From an uncultured Candidatus Saccharibacteria bacterium (GTDB lineage: Bacteria > Patescibacteriota > Minisyncoccia > Portnoybacterales > UBA2143), in contig CAZQLH010000004.1 in NCBI GenBank assembly GCA_964594155.1, positions 1 to 57,642 on the forward strand: a stretch of DNA of 57,642 bases, given 5' to 3'. Position numbers and translations under genes: made by a program. Shown piece by piece: positions 37,017-46,787 of the stretch; position 1 is the stretch's first letter; each line of letters begins with the position of its first letter. The notes beneath the pieces were generated by a model. That model made no database searches. It saw nothing but the letters and a program-made list of their open reading frames with translations, and was not told where the DNA came from.

Positions 37017-37706
37017 ATGAATAACTTATCTTCTCTTGAAAAAATAATTAAAATAGATTTTAATAATAAAGATTTGCTTCAGCAGGCGTTTGTTCATCGT
37101 TCATATTTGAATGAGAATCCAGAATTTCATTTAAAAGACAATGAAAGACTTGAATTTTTAGGCGATGCTGTGTTAGAAATGGTAGTAACAGAATACCTTT
37201 ATCAGTTATATCCTAATTCAGAAGGAGAATTGACCAATTGGCGAGCAGCTTTAGTTAATGCTAAGATGCTGGCTAAAATTGCTGATAAGATTAAATTAAA
37301 TAATTATTTGCTTTTAAGCCGCGGAGAAGCAAAGGATACTGGCCGAGCCAGACAATATATTTTAGCTAATGCTTTTGAAGCATTAATCGGAGCAATCTAT
37401 TTAGACCAAGGATATGAAAAATCTTATCAGTTTATTAAAAGAGAAATCTTAAAAGAATTGCCAGAAATTATTAAACAAAAGCTTTATCAGGACCCTAAGA
37501 GCGAATTTCAGGAAAAAGCCCAGGACAAGGTTGGAATAACCCCGTCTTATGAGGTTATTAAAGAATGGGGGCCAGATCATGCCAAGAATTTTATTATTGG
37601 AGTTTATCTTGACAAAGAATTAGTTGCTAAAGGACAGGGCGTTTCTAAACAAGAAGCGCAGGAAAAAGCAGCCCAAGCAGGTTTAAAAGAGAAAGGCTGG
37701 AATTAA
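37017..37706 (+). CDS. rnc: Ribonuclease III
   Basis: AFVHRSY, NERLEFLGDAVL, ANAFEALIGAIYLD and dsRBD DPKS.FQE...GPDH.K.F; start moved to ATG 37017. Confidence 0.95.
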   Translation: MNNLSSLEKIIKIDFNNKDLLQQAFVHRSYLNENPEFHLKDNERLEFLGDAVLEMVVTEYLYQLYPNSEGELTNWRAALVNAKMLAKIADKIKLNNYLLLSRGEAKDTGRARQYILANAFEALIGAIYLDQGYEKSYQFIKREILKELPEIIKQKLYQDPKSEFQEKAQDKVGITPSYEVIKEWGPDHAKNFIIGVYLDKELVAKGQGVSKQEAQEKAAQAGLKEKGWN

Positions 37707-37707
37707 T

Positions 37708-38115
37708 ATGCTAACTATCCGCTTAATTAGAATAGGTAAAAAAAACGCTTCTAGTTTTAGAATTGTTTTAATTGAGAAAAAAGCCGCCCCTCAAAGCGGA
37801 AAGTTTTTAGAAGTTTTAGGCCACTATAATCCAAGATTATCTGCTAAAAATGGAAAAGAAATTAATCTAAAAGAAGATCGGATAAAATATTGGCTGTCTC
37901 AAGGAGCTCAAACTTCTAAAACAGTTCATAATTTATTGGTTAAAAAAGGAGTTATTAAAGGGCCTAAGATTAAAAAGAATATTAAAACAAAAAAAGTCCC
38001 GATGCAAGATCGGGATCCCGACCCAGAAGGCGTCGGGAAAAAACCTGAAAAAAAAGAAAAACCTGATAAGAAAGAAACAAAAGAAAAAAAAGTTGACAAA
38101 CCGCCAAAAGTATAA
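37708..38115 (+). CDS. rpsP: 30S ribosomal protein S16 with Lys-rich extension
   Basis: LTIRLIRIGKK...FRIV, G..LE.LG.YNP and YWLSQGAQ.S.TV. Confidence 0.93.
   Translation: MLTIRLIRIGKKNASSFRIVLIEKKAAPQSGKFLEVLGHYNPRLSAKNGKEINLKEDRIKYWLSQGAQTSKTVHNLLVKKGVIKGPKIKKNIKTKKVPMQDRDPDPEGVGKKPEKKEKPDKKETKEKKVDKPPKV
37996..38039. repeat. 44-bp double-hairpin CCCGAC element, in-frame in rpsP tail
   Basis: GTCCCGATGCAAGATCGGGATCCCGACCCAGAAGGCGTCGGGAA; inverted relative to 32841-32884. Confidence 0.85.
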
Positions 38116-38207
38116 TAAAATATAAGGAGAGTGGCAGTCAAATTCAGAAAGAAAGGTCGGACTGCTATGAATTTTATCAGAAAAAAACTAAGACTAAGTT
38201 AAGAATT

Positions 38208-38549
38208 ATGGCTAAGAACACAGATCAGGATTTCTTAGAGTTTGTTGTCAAGTCCATAGTTAACAATGCTAATGATGTTAAAATCACTAGAACTGTTGAT
38301 GAAATGGGGGTTTTGCTAAACCTCAAGGTTAACCCAGAAGATATGGGTCAAATTATTGGACGACAGGGCTCTACTGCTCGGGCAATTCGAACTATTTTAA
38401 GGGTTATTGGCGTTAAGAATAATGCTAGAATTAACCTTAAGATTGAAGAGCCAGAAGGCGGCAGAGTTACAGCTCCAAGAGAAACAGCTGCTTCTAAAGA
38501 AGAACCTAAAAAAGGCGTTGATGAAGTAGTTGATGAATTAAAACTGTAA
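38208..38549 (+). CDS. khpA: KH domain RNA-binding protein
   Basis: L.V.PEDMGQIIGRQG.TARAIRTIL; follows rpsP as in many genomes. Confidence 0.85.
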   Translation: MAKNTDQDFLEFVVKSIVNNANDVKITRTVDEMGVLLNLKVNPEDMGQIIGRQGSTARAIRTILRVIGVKNNARINLKIEEPEGGRVTAPRETAASKEEPKKGVDEVVDELKL

Positions 38550-38616
38550 GATTATTGTTTTTACAGAATCGCAAAGACTGTGCCACTCTATATAGGCGCG
38601 GTTTTTGTATTTGAAT

Positions 38617-39282
38617 ATGCAATTCGACATTATTACAATTTTTCCAAAGATCTTTGATTCATATTTTAATGAATCCATTATTAAGCGAGCCCAGCAAAAA
38701 AAGCTGGTTAAAATTAATATTCATAATTTGCGTGATTACACCCTTGATCGGCATAAAACAGTGGATGATCGGCCTTATGGCGGAGGTTCAGGCATGGTTT
38801 TAATGGTTGAGCCAATTAAAAAAGCTGTAAAAGATATTAAAAAGATTTACCCCGCCAGCCGGGGCAAGAAAAATAAAATTATTCTTTTATCTGCTAAAGG
38901 AAAAAAGCTTGATCAAAAAATGGCTCGTGAATTTTCCAAATTAGACCAACTAATCTTAGTTTCCGGACGCTACGAAGGAGTTGATGAAAGAGTAGCTAAA
39001 TATATTGCTGATCAAGAAATTTCAATCGGAGATTATGTTTTAACTGGCGGCGAGCTGCCAGCTATGGTTTTGGTTGATGCAGTAACCCGGCTGATTCCAG
39101 GGGTAATTGCCAAAGAATCTTTAAAAGAAGAAAGTTTTTCTAAGGGTAAAAATATTGAATATCCCCATTATACTAGGCCGGAAAGCATAAGGATTAATGG
39201 AAAAGAAAGAAAGGTTCCTAAGGTATTATTATCTGGTGATCACAAGAAAATTGAAAAGTGGCGGAGGAAACATAGCAATTAG
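38617..39282 (+). CDS. trmD: tRNA (guanine-N1)-methyltransferase
   Basis: [42 protein letters not shown] and EYPHYTRP. Confidence 0.96.
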   Translation: MQFDIITIFPKIFDSYFNESIIKRAQQKKLVKINIHNLRDYTLDRHKTVDDRPYGGGSGMVLMVEPIKKAVKDIKKIYPASRGKKNKIILLSAKGKKLDQKMAREFSKLDQLILVSGRYEGVDERVAKYIADQEISIGDYVLTGGELPAMVLVDAVTRLIPGVIAKESLKEESFSKGKNIEYPHYTRPESIRINGKERKVPKVLLSGDHKKIEKWRRKHSN

Positions 39283-39523
39283 TAATTGGCAAATGTGGAT
39301 AATTGTCTTGGTATCTATTTGTGTACATATTATCATTCGATTATAAAGCCTCCTGTGCCCGCTTGCGGTGTGCATGATTTTTTATTTTATGATATAATAC
39401 TGGCAAGAATTAGTTGCATTGTTTATATATCCGATAGAGACTTTGTTTTTAGTAGATTGGGTGAGAAATCACGAGCGTAAGAATATTAAATTTATTTGGG
39501 ATATTCTAGTTAAATTTAAAATT

Positions 39524-41473
39524 ATGCAAGAAAAAATTTTATTACCAGAACAATTCATTAAACAAAAAAAACTCATAGAAGAAAAGAAGCAGAACAAAGA
39601 AATTGTTGATCATTTACAATTTTTAATTGAAAACGATCAAAACGTAAATGACAATTTTTATATTGACAGGCAAAAACAAGTTAAAGAAAAAATCAACAAC
39701 CAGATTAAAGAGATAAAAAATATAAGCTATGAAAAAGTTGTTAATATTCATTTAAGATATAGACTCGCGCAAAATATTTTATCTCAAATTCCCTGTGCTT
39801 CAGAATTGACAGACAGATTGGAAATTCGTAACAATGAATCACAAAATAAAATAATAAAGCATACTGATAAATATGATATAAATTTACCTGAAAAGAATAA
39901 TGAGTTTAAACAAAATAGTGAAGAAATTTTTCAAGAATTAAATGAAGCCGTTGACAAGCAAGGCAAAATTGCTGAAACTTTACAAGATTTATTAGTATCT
40001 GACGATGAATTCAGGGAAGAATATATAGAACTTCTTAATCAGGCTAGTAAAAATTTAAGTGCCAAAGAAAGGGGGAAAGATATATTAGCGTTAAATAAAG
40101 CAGAAGAAGTTTTAACAGGGTTGCCTTTTTCTTCTAAGTTTTTAGGCCAAATAACAGAATTAAAAGAAAAAATTGAGCAAATAAATCAAGAAGAGAAAGA
40201 GGTATTGGAAGAACGAGTTGATTGGGAAATATTGCCGGCAGGAGAAAAACCTATTGGTTTATTTGCACCCAAAAATAAGCATGAAAATGAATGGAATGAC
40301 TTAAAGAACGAGGAGAGATTAGAATATATTAAGAATTTAGGTCCAGATGCAATATATAGTATGGCAAGTCCTGTTATGGGCAGAGATTATGAGATGTATC
40401 AATTTTCTAATTGTATTGTTTTGGCTTCTGTTTGGGCAAGACATGCGGTTTATATCATGCCAAAGGAAAATTTAAAAGAATTGGCGCAAAAGGATAAAAT
40501 GGAATTAAAATTTCGCGGGGCGATACAGCTTAAAAATATTCCAGGATGGCAAGAAAAATTAGAAAATATTCTTACAGGCGATATTAATATTGAAGTTGAT
40601 TTGGATAAATCTTATCAGCCAAGAATCCAAGAATCTTGGGGAGACGACCCAGAAAAATGGAAACAAAAAGTGCGTAATGCTATTTTTTTGGAATACCCTG
40701 AAATTGCATTAACAATTAAGCAAGGCGACAATGATCGGGCCAAACAATTGCTAAAAAATATTTTAAGTCAAGACATGTCCAGAATGCGAATTTCAACTGC
40801 TATTTGGAAATTTGGTAGCCGCGGTAACGCTTTAATTAATTCTTTTCTAGAGGCAAAACTAACTAAAGAGGATTTTCCTGTTAAAAAATATAAATGGAAG
40901 AATGCGACCAAAGAAAAAAAGAGGCAAAATATAAGAAATGCAATATCCGAAAATTTACCCGAAGTAGATCAAGCAATAAAAAATGGCGAATTAGAAGAAG
41001 CGGCTGAATGGTTGTCAATACTTAAGGATGAAGATTTTAAATCAAAAGCATTTGGTTTAGGATATATCGCGAGTGGTAAAGATAATTATCTTCGCACTAG
41101 AAAAGTAGCTCTGATAAAAAGTTATCCCGAATTAAAAAATCTTAAGGATTTATTTAGAAAAGGCAGAAGATATAAAGATAAAAATGAAAAATTAGAAAAG
41201 TGGGGCGAAAGATTTAGAAATGTATTATTAGAACAAGTTTTTGATTTAGAAAATACGGTAAAAAGTGGCAATCTTAAACAAGCCAAGTTATTAATTTTAA
41301 AAACATTAAATGAAGCTGGGGCGTCAAATTTTGTCGACAAGCACATTAAAAGCATTAGAGGGGTGAAAGAAATCTCGGAGATGGAAATATCAGGATGTAG
41401 GAGGTATTTAATGTTAGCATTTCCGGAAATTAGTTGGTCGGATATAAGTTTTCAAAAAGGGCCTAGAAAATAA
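39524..41473 (+). CDS. Hypothetical protein with three C-terminal helical repeats
   Basis: Long open frame; start moved to ATG 39524; repeated W..K..IRNAI.E..PE...IK.G...A units. Confidence 0.7.
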   Translation: MQEKILLPEQFIKQKKLIEEKKQNKEIVDHLQFLIENDQNVNDNFYIDRQKQVKEKINNQIKEIKNISYEKVVNIHLRYRLAQNILSQIPCASELTDRLEIRNNESQNKIIKHTDKYDINLPEKNNEFKQNSEEIFQELNEAVDKQGKIAETLQDLLVSDDEFREEYIELLNQASKNLSAKERGKDILALNKAEEVLTGLPFSSKFLGQITELKEKIEQINQEEKEVLEERVDWEILPAGEKPIGLFAPKNKHENEWNDLKNEERLEYIKNLGPDAIYSMASPVMGRDYEMYQFSNCIVLASVWARHAVYIMPKENLKELAQKDKMELKFRGAIQLKNIPGWQEKLENILTGDINIEVDLDKSYQPRIQESWGDDPEKWKQKVRNAIFLEYPEIALTIKQGDNDRAKQLLKNILSQDMSRMRISTAIWKFGSRGNALINSFLEAKLTKEDFPVKKYKWKNATKEKKRQNIRNAISENLPEVDQAIKNGELEEAAEWLSILKDEDFKSKAFGLGYIASGKDNYLRTRKVALIKSYPELKNLKDLFRKGRRYKDKNEKLEKWGERFRNVLLEQVFDLENTVKSGNLKQAKLLILKTLNEAGASNFVDKHIKSIRGVKEISEMEISGCRRYLMLAFPEISWSDISFQKGPRK

Positions 41474-41540
41474 AGATTAAATTACGCAGACTAATGTTTT
41501 ATCGTGAGAAAAACGCCAAAATGTATGTCTGTTAAAAATT

Positions 41541-42008
41541 ATGGGAGAATTAATACAATTTGGCGACTTTAAGAAAAAAGAATCCTTAAAGTTAAAAAAT
41601 AATGTAAATGAGCAAAAAGCTGGCGACTCAACAAGTAAGAACGAATCAGTTGCTTTGAAAGTCGCTCCGAAGGAAGAAAAAACTGAAAATATTGACAGTC
41701 CTTATGTCGAAATTGATAAACCTAAAGAAGAATTAATTTTGCAAATTAAAAAATCCTCAATTCAATTGAATAAAGAAACTATTTCAAACGCGCAAAAACA
41801 TTTTGATGGATGGACAAATACTGAAATAGCAGAATTTATTAACAATACCGATGAGTCAATGATCAAGAAAAAACCAAGCTTCTTTATTTATGCGTATAAC
41901 AAAATGCGATCAAAAGATTCTATGATTAAATTATCACCAGAAGATATGAATCCAATAAAAGATGGCAAAGATTCTCGTGAAAAGTTTTTTGATGATTTTT
42001 TTAAATAA
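41541..42008 (+). CDS. Hypothetical protein
   Basis: 155-aa charged ORF with no recognisable motif. Confidence 0.6.
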   Translation: MGELIQFGDFKKKESLKLKNNVNEQKAGDSTSKNESVALKVAPKEEKTENIDSPYVEIDKPKEELILQIKKSSIQLNKETISNAQKHFDGWTNTEIAEFINNTDESMIKKKPSFFIYAYNKMRSKDSMIKLSPEDMNPIKDGKDSREKFFDDFFK

Positions 42009-42195
42009 ATTGCTAAAATTATTAAAGCGAAGAATGTTTTTTATTGCTTTTCTGCTTTTGTTTTAATCATACTGCGTTTGAGCTCTATTTTATTTTTCTC
42101 AGGACACATAAAATATCCTTAACATCTTTGCGGCTAATGATATTACAAATTATCCTATCAAAATGTTTAACTATGCACCCGTCAGGTACACAAGG

Positions 42196-42242
42196 TTGAC
42201 AGCGGATTTGGGATAATATAGAATAATAATGTTCTTTGAAAA
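42196..42242 (+). promoter_or_regulatory. rRNA promoter and boxA-like element
   Basis: TTGACA, 17 bp, TAGAAT (42219-42224); TGTTCTTTGAAAA at about 42230-42242. Confidence 0.7.
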
Positions 42243-42524
42243 TAGAATAAGAAATTAAACAATTGCAATTTTGTGCAGTTGTCCCAAATTATTTTTATTG
42301 AGAGTTTGATCCTAGCTCAGGATGAACGCTGGCGACGTGGATAAGGCATGCAAGTCGAACGACCCCGAGTTTATCGAGGGGTAGTGGCGAACGGGTTAGT
42401 AATACGTAGGGATCTACCCTGAAGTCTGGAATAACTTGGAGAAATCTAAGTTAATACCAGATAGTCCCGCAAGGGTAAAGTTCCCCGCAATACTGCGGGG
42501 TTGCGCTTCAGGAGGAACCTGCGC

Positions 42525-42564
<40 letters not shown>

Positions 42565-42790
42565 TGACGGGTAGGGGGAGTGAGAGCTTGACCCCCAACA
42601 ATGGGACTTAGACAAGGCCCATACACCTACGGGTGGCAGCAGTCAAGAACCTTCCACAATGGGCGAAAGCCTGATGGAGCGACGTCGCGTGAATGAAGAC
42701 GCTCTTCGGAGTGTAAAATTCTTTTCTAGAGGAACAATTTTGGCTTGCCAAAATGAGCGTACTTTAGGAATAAGGGGCGGCTAACTTCGT

Positions 42791-43710
42791 GCATTGGCGC
42801 GACCTCTGACGGTAACGTCAGAGAGAGAATCTAGTGCTAAGCTCGCACTAGAGAGAAACTCGGCTTATATGCTGGAACCCATTTATTTGATATTTAAAAT
42901 AAATGGCAATCAGCAGGGAAGTCGTTTATAATGGAAGTATGAGATCGTTAAATACAAATCTAATTTCTAAAACCCAACAAAAGATTATTATTGGTAATAT
43001 CTTAGGAGATGGGTCTTTAGAATTTAATGGATTTCGTGGAACACGATTACAGATAAAACAATCATTGAGATATAAAGAATATGTATTTTGGTTGTATGAT
43101 CAATTAAAAGACCTTTGTATTTCTAGTCCAAAACAGAGAAAAGACAATGATCAATGGTACTTTAGTACAAAATATTTAGCAGAATTAACTATTCTTCATA
43201 GAATTTTCTATCCTAATGGTAAAAAAGTAATTCCTAAAGATATTTCGAAATTACTTATTTCACCACTAACTTTGGCAATTTGGTATATGGACGATGGTTC
43301 ATTATACTGGCGGCCAAAAGAACATAATGGTTTTAGATTATGTACTAATTGTTTTTCTGTAAAAGACACACATCGATTAAAAAATGTTTTATATGATAAT
43401 TTTGGCATAGAATCTACAGTTCAAAGAACTTCATGTAGAGGCAAAAATTATCCTAGAATATATATTGGAGTAGCAGGTAGAAATAAATTTTTGAAAGTTA
43501 TCAAATCATATATATTAAACTGTTTTTCTCATAAATTACCTCCATTATAAATTGACCCTTCAGAGACTGATCCCTTTTATGGGAGAGATAATGGGTTCTG
43601 GATAATCCAGGTTTAAACCATTATCACACGCCGAGCCCCCGTTAAATATTTTTATATTTAATTGGGTGGTGATATAGTCCAGTAGAATTTTATATTATTG
43701 AATTCTATTA
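42791..43710 (+). mobile_element. Group I intron after 16S U516 (920 nt)
   Basis: P1 CGUGC/GCGCG with U-G pair, P10 with GCCA, AATCAGCAGGG, CAGAGACT and GATATAGTCC; exons rejoin as TTCGT|GCCAG. Confidence 0.9.
42939..43550 (+). CDS. Intron-encoded LAGLIDADG endonuclease (two motifs)
   Basis: IIGNILGDGSL and LAIWYMDDGS; ATG 42939 is 6 nt after a TATAAT. Confidence 0.9.
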   Translation: MRSLNTNLISKTQQKIIIGNILGDGSLEFNGFRGTRLQIKQSLRYKEYVFWLYDQLKDLCISSPKQRKDNDQWYFSTKYLAELTILHRIFYPNGKKVIPKDISKLLISPLTLAIWYMDDGSLYWRPKEHNGFRLCTNCFSVKDTHRLKNVLYDNFGIESTVQRTSCRGKNYPRIYIGVAGRNKFLKVIKSYILNCFSHKLPPL

Positions 43711-44083
43711 GCCAGAAGCCTCGGTAATACGAAGGCCCCAAGCGTTATCCGGATTTATTGGGCGTAAAGCGTGTGTAGGCGGTTTTAATAGTGATTGGTT
43801 AAATTCCGAAGCTCAACTTCGGAGCTGCTAGTCAAACGTTAAAACTAGAGCAAGTAAGAGGCTAATGGAACTTACCAAGTAGGGGTGAAATCCGTTGATA
43901 TGGTAGGGAACACCAAAGGCGAAGGCAATTAGCTGGTACTTAGCTGACGCTGAGACACGAAAGCGTAGGTAGCGAACGGGATTAGATACCCCGGTAGTCT
44001 ACGCCGTAAACGATGTCAACTAGCCGTTTGGAGTATCGACCCTCTGAGTGGCGAAGCTAACGCGTTAAGTTGACCGCCTGGGA

Positions 44084-44115
<32 letters not shown>

Positions 44116-44582
44116 AGACGGGGACTTGCACAAGCGGTGGATCATGTGGTTTAATTCGACATTACGCGAGGAACCTTACCAGGACTAGACATCCTGATGA
44201 CCGTTTACCGAAAGGTAGACTTTCTTTAGACATCAGGGTCAGGTGGTGCACGGTTGCCGTCAGCATGTGCCTTGAGGTGCTCCCTTAAATGGGTTAACAT
44301 GCGCAACCCTCGCCCTGTGTTACAAGTGTCACAGGGAACTGCCTCCGGACAGGAGGAGGAAGGCGAGGACGACGTCAAATCAGCGTGTCCCTAGATGTCC
44401 TGGGCGACACACATGATACAATGGTTAGGACAATGGGTTGCCAAACCGCAAGGTGGAGCCAATCCCATCAAACCTAGCCCCAGTTCGGATTGAGGGCTGC
44501 AACTCGCCCTCATGAAGCCGGAATCGCTAGTAATCGCAGATCAGCCACGCTGCGGTGAATACGTTCTCAAGTCTTGTACTCA

Positions 44583-45404
44583 AAAATAAATGTGCCTGGC
44601 AGCTATTATAATGCTAAATTGTTAAAATCAATTCCTCCAATATTTATTGGAGCGTAGCGAACAGACAGGTCTCGCACCGCGAGGTAGAGACTGAAGGGTC
44701 TTAGTAGCAAAAGACAGCCCTGTCATTAAAAGGATTCTTACGACCTATACGGTGAGTTATAGGGAAGTAAGCATAGTTAATAATCCGATAGGGATGCCCG
44801 GAATAGTATAAATAGTGACCCAGGGAGATCTTTGTGATATAATAGAGTTATGTTATGAAGTCACAAAGAAGTCAGCTGCGTCGTAGTAGCTCTAATTCGT
44901 TAGAGCGAAGGACAAAACCGACGGTCTCTCTAGATTATATTGTTGGTCTTACAGATGGCGAAGGATGTTTTTATGTTTGTATTAGACCGCCATACAATAA
45001 GAATGGCGGAGCAATGATTTTACTTTCGTTTTATATCAAGATGCAAGCAAAAGATAAATTTCTTTTAGAGAAGGTTAAAAATACGCTTGATTGTGGAAAT
45101 GTGTATTTCCAGAATGAAAAGCGTCCAAATCATACTCAATGTTATCGCTATACAGTTGCTTCGCATCGTGATATCTTAGGAAAGGTTATTCCATTTTTTA
45201 AGAAATATCCTTTACAAAGTACGAAAGTAAAAAACTTTAATATTTTTTGTAGTATTGCTGAAATGGTTCGCAATGGCGAACATCATAATCAAAAGGGAAT
45301 TGAAAAGATTAGATTATTAAAATCTAAAATGAATCGTCGGGCTCGCTGAGTGCGGGAAATCCGCTCGCTCAGTGGGGATTCGAAAGAACTCTACTTATCG
45401 AAAT
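44583..45404 (+). mobile_element. Group II intron after 16S A1398 (822 nt)
   Basis: Domain V CGCTGAGTGCGG-GAAA-TCCGCTCGCTCAGTG, DVI-like end in AT, GTGCC near the 5' end, EBS loop CGGTGAGT complementary to the spliced junction ACTCA|CCG. Confidence 0.8.
44855..45349 (+). CDS. Single-motif LAGLIDADG endonuclease in group II intron domain IV
   Basis: YIVGLTDGEGCF, F.I.M...D..LL..VK..L.CG.V, VIPFF.KYPL...K...F..F; stop codon lies inside domain V. Confidence 0.9.
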   Translation: MKSQRSQLRRSSSNSLERRTKPTVSLDYIVGLTDGEGCFYVCIRPPYNKNGGAMILLSFYIKMQAKDKFLLEKVKNTLDCGNVYFQNEKRPNHTQCYRYTVASHRDILGKVIPFFKKYPLQSTKVKNFNIFCSIAEMVRNGEHHNQKGIEKIRLLKSKMNRRAR

Positions 45405-45685
45405 CCGCCCGTCATATTAGGGAAGTCGGTAGTACCCGAAGTCTCTTCATTAGAAGGGCCTAAGGTAAGATCGGTGACCAGAATAAAGTCGTAACAAGGC
45501 ATGCGTAGCGGAAGCTGTGCATGGATCACCTCCTTTCTATATATTTAATATATATGGGGTGTCGATACAGGTTGAGATATAGAATTCTTATCTCAACTCG
45601 TGGGTATTGGTCTTGGAGCCCTAAATTAAGACCTGATAGTTCTAATGAACTTCATTTGGGACAACTACACGAGATTGCAACAGGA

Positions 45686-45711
45686 AATACTTGCTTTGGC
45701 AGGTGTTTTTT
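45686..45711 (+). terminator. Terminator-like hairpin between 16S and tRNA-Ile
   Basis: AATACTTGC-TTTG-GCAGGTGTT followed by T run. Confidence 0.5.
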
Positions 45712-45730
45712 GATAGGATTGTTAATAGTC

Positions 45731-45804
45731 GGGCGTATAGCTCAGTTGGTTAGAGCGCATCTCTGATAAGGATGAGGTCCTTGGTTCGAATCCAAGTACG
45801 CCCA
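45731..45804 (+). tRNA. tRNA-Ile(GAT)
   Basis: Acceptor GGGCGTA/TACGCCC, anticodon loop CTGATAA, T-loop GTTCGAA. Confidence 0.95.
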
Positions 45805-45906
45805 CAAGGTTATCCACAGGCATATTGTGGATTTTTTTGTTACAATATAGGTAGTAAAATTATCTTGAAAAAACTTAGCTTATAATGAAAGGGGGTGAAA
45901 AATGGA

Positions 45907-46587
45907 ATGGTTATTCAAACATGGACAGAAGTGGTAACAGCTTCTCTTCAAACACTCTGGTCTGGTTTTATTGGTTTTTTGCCAAATCTGTTAGGGGCAA
46001 TTATAGTTTTTATTATTGGTTGGATAATTGCTGTTCTTTTAGGCAAGTTGGCTTCTCAGATTATCAGAACTTTAAGAGTTGATCAGGTTTTAGAGAAGAT
46101 GGGTTTTAAGAAGAGTTTTGAAAGAGCTAATTTAAAGTTGGACTCAAGCATGTTTTTTGGCGAATTAGTGCGATGGTTCTTTATTATCGTCTTTTTAATG
46201 GCTGCTACTGATATTCTTGGTCTTTACCAAGTAACAGAATTTCTAAGAAGGGTTCTTCTTTATATTCCTCAGTTAATTGTTGCTGTTTTGATTTTATTAG
46301 CTGCTGTATTGATTGCTAGTTTTATGCAAAAACTTGTTAAGGCTAGCGTGGAAGCAGCTGGTTTTGGAGCATCTAATTTTTTAGCAACATTAACTAAATG
46401 GAGTATCCTGGTTTTTGCTGGTTTGGCTGCTTTGTTGCAATTAGGTATTGTTCCGTCTTTAATTCAAACCATCTTTACGGGAGTAATAGCTGCCTTTGTT
46501 GTTGCATCTGGCTTAGCTTTTGGACTAGGAGGAAAGGATTTTGCAACTGAGGTTCTTGGCAAGATAAAAAGAGACATTTTAGGATAA
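45907..46587 (+). CDS. TM-helix-repeat membrane protein (mechanosensitive-channel/CmpX-like) inside the rRNA spacer
   Basis: Repeated FLP.L.GA.I.FIIGW and YIPQLIVAVLIL units, A.GLAFGLGGKD; SD-like GGGGGTG upstream of ATG 45907. Confidence 0.82.
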   Translation: MVIQTWTEVVTASLQTLWSGFIGFLPNLLGAIIVFIIGWIIAVLLGKLASQIIRTLRVDQVLEKMGFKKSFERANLKLDSSMFFGELVRWFFIIVFLMAATDILGLYQVTEFLRRVLLYIPQLIVAVLILLAAVLIASFMQKLVKASVEAAGFGASNFLATLTKWSILVFAGLAALLQLGIVPSLIQTIFTGVIAAFVVASGLAFGLGGKDFATEVLGKIKRDILG

Positions 46588-46646
46588 ACTTTAAGAGGAT
46601 TATATAAATTAATTGAAAAATCCGAGATCTTTCGGTTGTTATGGTA

Positions 46647-46675
46647 TTGACATAGATTAGGAATAAATATAATAT
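46647..46675 (+). promoter_or_regulatory. Separate promoter upstream of 23S
   Basis: TTGACA, 17 bp, TAATAT. Confidence 0.65.
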
Positions 46676-46688
46676 TATATATATAGAT

Positions 46689-46730
46689 ATGAATAAACTA
46701 AAAAGATCATTATACATAGAAAGCGGTTAA
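46689..46730 (+). CDS. Possible 13-aa leader peptide MNKLKRSLYIESG
   Basis: Short ORF just after the promoter; last codons GAAAGCGGT are complementary to the terminator 5' arm. Confidence 0.3.
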   Translation: MNKLKRSLYIESG

Positions 46731-46763
46731 TAACTGTCTATTTGTTATTTGTCTCTGAAATGA

Positions 46764-46787
46764 AGACCGCTTTCAAGCGGTCTTTTT
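46764..46787 (+). terminator. Intrinsic terminator in the 23S leader
   Basis: AGACCGCT-TTCA-AGCGGTCT then TTTT. Confidence 0.7.

Noticed and set aside
2729-38141. Short alternative-frame or antisense ORFs in the track (e.g. 2729, 4599, 6805, 7702, 9777, 11346, 19610, 21482, 22999, 23461, 23683, 24975, 36619, 37926)
   Set aside because: They lie inside well-supported genes or rnpB and have no motifs; shadow ORFs.
39286-39523. 64-aa ORF at 39286 and the long TTG-start extension of the 684-aa ORF
   Set aside because: Region contains promoter-like signals and atypical sequence; ATG 39524 is a better start.
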